Source of the DNA: a virus
Taxonomy: Duplodnaviria; Caudoviricetes
Length of the DNA: 48,595 nt
Reading direction: 5' to 3' (one strand)
IMG/VR virus record: IMGVR_UViG_3300044931_000080
Span: 1 to 48,595 of that record
A program made the translations under genes and the position numbers. The notes under the pieces were generated by a model. The model was not told where the DNA came from and did not search any database. It saw nothing but the letters and a program-made list of their open reading frames with translations. This document shows positions 46,374 to 48,595 of the stretch, one piece after another (position 1 is the stretch's first letter; each line of letters starts with the position of its first letter).

Positions 46374-47039
46374 ATGGCTACCAAGAAGCCTACCTGTAGC
46401 GAACCCGAATGCACCAAGAGCGTTGGCGCTCGCGGCCTTTGCTGGACGCACTACAAGCGTCTCCGGCGAGAAGGGCGGCTGACCCCCATGCGCGTCAAGG
46501 GCCGCACCTGCACTGTAGATGGGTGCAATGAGCCGCATGAAGCGCTCGGGTACTGCAACAGGCACTACTTGACGTATAAGCGCACCGGCGACCCGCTCCC
46601 AAAGCACGAGTGGGACCTGGCTGACAGGTTCCTCGACGTCGGGTGGGACGTGACCGACTCGGGCTGCTGGGAGTGGCGCGGCACCCGCGCCGTGGCTGGC
46701 TACGGCAGAATTAGCGCTTCCATGTGGGGCCTGCGCGACCGCTCCACTCACCGACTCAGTTACGAACTCTTCCACGGACCCATCCCAGACGGGCTGCTAA
46801 TCCGCCACAAGTGCGACAACCCTCCCTGCGTGAACCCTGACCACCTGGAGCCGGGGACGCATCAGGACAACATGAACGACATGGTGGCTCGAGGGCGGCA
46901 CTGGCGGCACGGCGGAACTCACTGCAAGCACGGACATGACATGACCGCCCCAGGGGCGCTACTCGACAGCGGAGGACGCCGGAGATGCAGGCTGTGCGTT
47001 CAGAGGCAGAACCGATCCAGGTCTACAAGCAAGGAGTGA
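46374..47039 (+). CDS. HNH homing endonuclease 3 (C-terminal Zn finger)
   Basis: Two N-terminal C..C...C..HY repeats, HKCDNPPCVNPDHL, THCKHGH...CRLC. Confidence 0.93.
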   Translation: MATKKPTCSEPECTKSVGARGLCWTHYKRLRREGRLTPMRVKGRTCTVDGCNEPHEALGYCNRHYLTYKRTGDPLPKHEWDLADRFLDVGWDVTDSGCWEWRGTRAVAGYGRISASMWGLRDRSTHRLSYELFHGPIPDGLLIRHKCDNPPCVNPDHLEPGTHQDNMNDMVARGRHWRHGGTHCKHGHDMTAPGALLDSGGRRRCRLCVQRQNRSRSTSKE

Positions 47040-47042
47040 CAC

Positions 47043-48113
47043 ATGCCTGACGTGCTAAAGATGAGGGAGATCACCGGCCTGTGGTCGGCCCGCGTCCCCG
47101 ATGGGCCGGACTCCGACCAGCTCCCGGACACGATCCTGCTCGAGGGCTACGTCGCATTCGAGCCGGACTACCGTGTGCCCCTCGTCTACCCCGGTGAGCA
47201 CATCGTCGTGGAGCCGATGCGTGCGGTCATCCAGGCAGGTGAGCTGCTGGCGGAGACCCTGGTCGGTGATGAGGTGGTGACTGGTCCCCTGTATCTGCCG
47301 GTGACGGTGGATGATGCGGCGAACCAATCTTGGTCGTGGATCGCCCGATTCCAGGGGATGCGGTTGGGGGAGTACGGGGAAGAGGTTTCCCTCCCGAGCT
47401 TGCGTTTCCAGGTGCCTGCTGGGGATGATGCCCTCGATCTGTCTTCGGTCTTCCCGGTGTCTCAGTCGGGTGGCACGATCACTCTCCGTGGGCCTGCTGG
47501 CCGTGATGTGGTGTCGATCGTGGACCCGGATGGGGATGGGGTGGCTACTGTCACCTACTCGGATGGGGAGACCGCACCCCTGCCGCTGCCACCTGGCCCG
47601 GCTGGACCTGATGGCCGGGATGAGGAGGGCCGTCTCCACTCGACGCCGTTGGGTGAGGCTATTTGGGGTGGGGATCCGGGTGATGCGGTCGCGACCGGCA
47701 CCGACCTGCACACCATCATCCAGGGCATGCAGGAGCTGAGTGTCCTCCTGATGGATGCGACCGCCTCGACTGGCCTGCGCAACCTCACCGGCATGGTGTC
47801 GGACGCGACGGGCGGGCAGGTGCTCATCTCCCGTCGTGGCCCTGTCGTGGAGCTGGCCCTGGTGAATCTGCTCATGTCCGGCGCGGCCGCGTGGGGAACT
47901 CTTCTCACCCTCCCTGCCGGGTTCCGGCCCGCCCTGCCGGCAGCAGAGGCGGCGCTGATCCCGCAGGGGTCATCGTCGGGAGTCATCTCTGTGCGGCGAT
48001 CTGATGGTCGCGTGGACATCAACCGGCTCGGCCCGACCGTCCGCCACAAGCTGACGTTCGTGTACATGACGGGCGACCCCTGGCCGACCGTCCTACCTGG
48101 CACCCCCGCGTGA
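47043..48113 (+). CDS. Tail fibre / minor structural protein
   Basis: D.D..PD N-terminal anchor, short GPx repeats, C-terminal LPAGFRP domain. Confidence 0.65.
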   Translation: MPDVLKMREITGLWSARVPDGPDSDQLPDTILLEGYVAFEPDYRVPLVYPGEHIVVEPMRAVIQAGELLAETLVGDEVVTGPLYLPVTVDDAANQSWSWIARFQGMRLGEYGEEVSLPSLRFQVPAGDDALDLSSVFPVSQSGGTITLRGPAGRDVVSIVDPDGDGVATVTYSDGETAPLPLPPGPAGPDGRDEEGRLHSTPLGEAIWGGDPGDAVATGTDLHTIIQGMQELSVLLMDATASTGLRNLTGMVSDATGGQVLISRRGPVVELALVNLLMSGAAAWGTLLTLPAGFRPALPAAEAALIPQGSSSGVISVRRSDGRVDINRLGPTVRHKLTFVYMTGDPWPTVLPGTPA

Positions 48114-48123
48114 GGAGATGAGC

Positions 48124-48285
48124 ATGGACTTGACCGGCTACACAGATGAGGACTTGGATGCCCTGCGCCGGGCGGTGTTGGTAGAGCAGGAGCGGCGCAC
48201 CAAGATTGCGGGTATCCCAGACCAGATCACTGCACTAAGGGACGAGTACCTGGCGGCGGGTGGGGATCCTGCCGACCTGATCTGA
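48124..48285 (+). CDS. Small protein (53 aa), possible fibre chaperone
   Basis: Read manually: MDLTGYTDEDLDALRRAVLVEQERR; GAGGAG RBS. Confidence 0.65.
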   Translation: MDLTGYTDEDLDALRRAVLVEQERRTKIAGIPDQITALRDEYLAAGGDPADLI

Positions 48286-48289
48286 CATG

Positions 48290-48320
48290 AGCGCCCCACC
48301 CAATCCGGGTGGGGCGCTTT
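48290..48320. terminator. Intrinsic terminator between convergent genes
   Basis: AGCGCCCCACCC-AATCC-GGGTGGGGCGCT-TT. Confidence 0.8.
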
Positions 48321-48325
48321 CGTCG

Positions 48326-48595
48326 TCAGATGCCGATCTTGGACCACCGGCGGTTGCGGCGCTCGAAGGTGAACTGCTCCTGCCGCATACGCCGCACCGC
48401 ACGCACCACCTCGGGCGCGTACGCGTACGCCGCTTCCGTGTCAGCGAGACCATCCAGCACTGCCGGGTAGCGGTCGAAGGGGAGGCTGATGCGCTCGCAG
48501 AGAGCGCGGCGTTTCGCTTCGGTTGGCTGGTCGCTTTCCACGTCGAGGATCATCTGATCGTGGTCGGAGAGGGCGTGCGTGCTACCCCTGTTCAC
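48326..48595 (-). CDS. DUF3263-like protein
   Basis: LS..D..IL..E......K...I......RY...L..L.D...A..Y.P..V..RR pattern; start at window edge. Confidence 0.7.
   Translation of the reverse strand: MNRGSTHALSDHDQMILDVESDQPTEAKRRALCERISLPFDRYPAVLDGLADTEAAYAYAPEVVRAVRRMRQEQFTFERRNRRWSKIGI

Larger units (their letters stand above)
1..48595. mobile_element. Temperate siphovirus prophage (actinobacteriophage), near complete
   Basis: Canonical order int-immunity-early-replication-terminase-portal-capsid-tail-lysis; att sites not within window. Confidence 0.97.

Noticed and set aside
44479-46417. 618-aa and 394-aa minus-strand ORFs
   Set aside because: Span several clear plus-strand genes; low-complexity S/R-rich translation
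46241-47045. Target-site duplication around HNH-3 (TACAAGC..GGAGT at both ends)
   Set aside because: Short and gapped; partly explained by RBS/stop constraints; needs an empty-site allele
1-48595. att sites, tRNA genes, CRISPR arrays, reverse transcriptase/DGR
   Set aside because: None recognised by eye; the window is cut at gene boundaries, so att cores probably lie outside

Overview
The window is an essentially complete temperate siphovirus (prophage) of a high-GC actinobacterium. A Micrococcales-like, non-mycolate host is inferred from WhiB, NrdH, DUF3263 and the absence of a LysB. It runs from the integrase stop codon (pos. 1) to a DUF3263 gene, and the att sites are not visible. Leftward module: integrase, ImmA-like metallopeptidase, VapBC45-like toxin-antitoxin pair and repressor. 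Rightward: cro, antirepressor, recombination and replication genes, an SNF2-helicase/DNA-methyltransferase pair, many small ORFs, then packaging, head, tail, lysis and a post-lysis tail-fibre-like module. Main points of interest: (1) a recurring TGTCC(G/T)-N10-(T/G)AnnnT promoter resembling the actinobacterial PafBC/RecA-NDp DNA-damage promoter, found before the ImmA-like gene, two HNH genes and a membrane moron; (2) three HNH endonuclease cassettes that share a covarying structured RNA leader; (3) one HNH cassette that has split the head-tail adaptor gene and supplies a recoded replacement 5' end; (4) an antisense gene nested inside an open HTH gene. All product calls come from reading motifs and synteny by eye. 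No database searches were run.
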